DNA of 32,920 nt from a virus (Duplodnaviria; Caudoviricetes): IMG/VR virus record IMGVR_UViG_3300020045_003040, positions 1-32,920 of that record. One strand, written 5' to 3'. The position numbers and the translations under genes are program-made. Position 1 is the stretch's first letter, and the number at the start of each line of letters is the position of its first letter. Positions 32,808 through 32,920 of the stretch are shown one piece after another. Under the pieces are notes generated by a model. It saw nothing but the letters and a program-made list of their open reading frames with translations. It searched no databases and was not told where the DNA came from.

Positions 32808-32920
32808 GCCGAGACAGTGCCCGGACTGCATGGGCGCGGGCGATGATGGGCACGGCAACGGCTGCTATCACTGTGACAGCCAAGGCGCTGTAGTTCCATT
32901 CTACGCCCATCCAGCCCAGC
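32794..32920 (+). CDS. partial ORF with DnaJ-type Zn-finger motif (MEKIEPRQCPDCMGAG...CYHCDSQG), runs off the window
   Basis: Translated by hand; CxxCxGxG then CxxCxxxG; AAGGA RBS. Confidence 0.6.
   Translation, partial: MEKIEPRQCPDCMGAGDDGHGNGCYHCDSQGAVVPFYAHPAQ

Noticed and set aside
1-32920. tRNA/rRNA genes, reverse transcriptase (DGR/retron), IS transposase, DNA polymerase, lysis and tail genes
   Set aside because: Looked for by eye and not found; tail and lysis genes probably lie outside the window or were lost at the ~1060 junction.

Overview
The window is almost entirely tailed-phage (Caudoviricetes) DNA. Most of it looks like a GC-rich temperate podovirus-type phage, probably of an alphaproteobacterium (host is an inference). 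No host housekeeping genes, rRNA, tRNA or CRISPR array are visible. Layout: (1) about 1-1060 is an AT-richer fragment of apparently different origin, joined in the middle of a virion gene and with its own head-to-head junction. (2) About 1200-11400 is a minus-strand late operon: Q-position protein, terminase small and large subunits, portal, GroES, scaffold, decoration protein, major capsid protein and small virion proteins. (3) About 11880-18990 is a self-contained replication/recombination block: TGACCC iteron array, primase-helicase, small HTH, bidirectional promoter, Sak4-like ATPase, DUF669 SSB-like protein, Cas4-like nuclease, SF2 helicase and VRR-NUC. (4) About 18990-23130 is a leftward early operon: cro-like gene, GIY-YIG, SNF2-like helicase and N4/N6 MTase. 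(5) A divergent switch follows with three TTGCA-N4-TGCAA operators but no cI gene. (6) A rightward early operon encodes ERF, SSB, DUF968, HNH, a C5-MTase, Xis and a tyrosine integrase. (7) A promoter-bearing XRE moron, a probable intact attP and further small genes end the window. The most striking signal is the C5-MTase locus: motif IX and a candidate target-recognition region are encoded in a second ORF nested in the +1 frame of the catalytic gene. All calls come from reading motifs by eye; no database searches were run.
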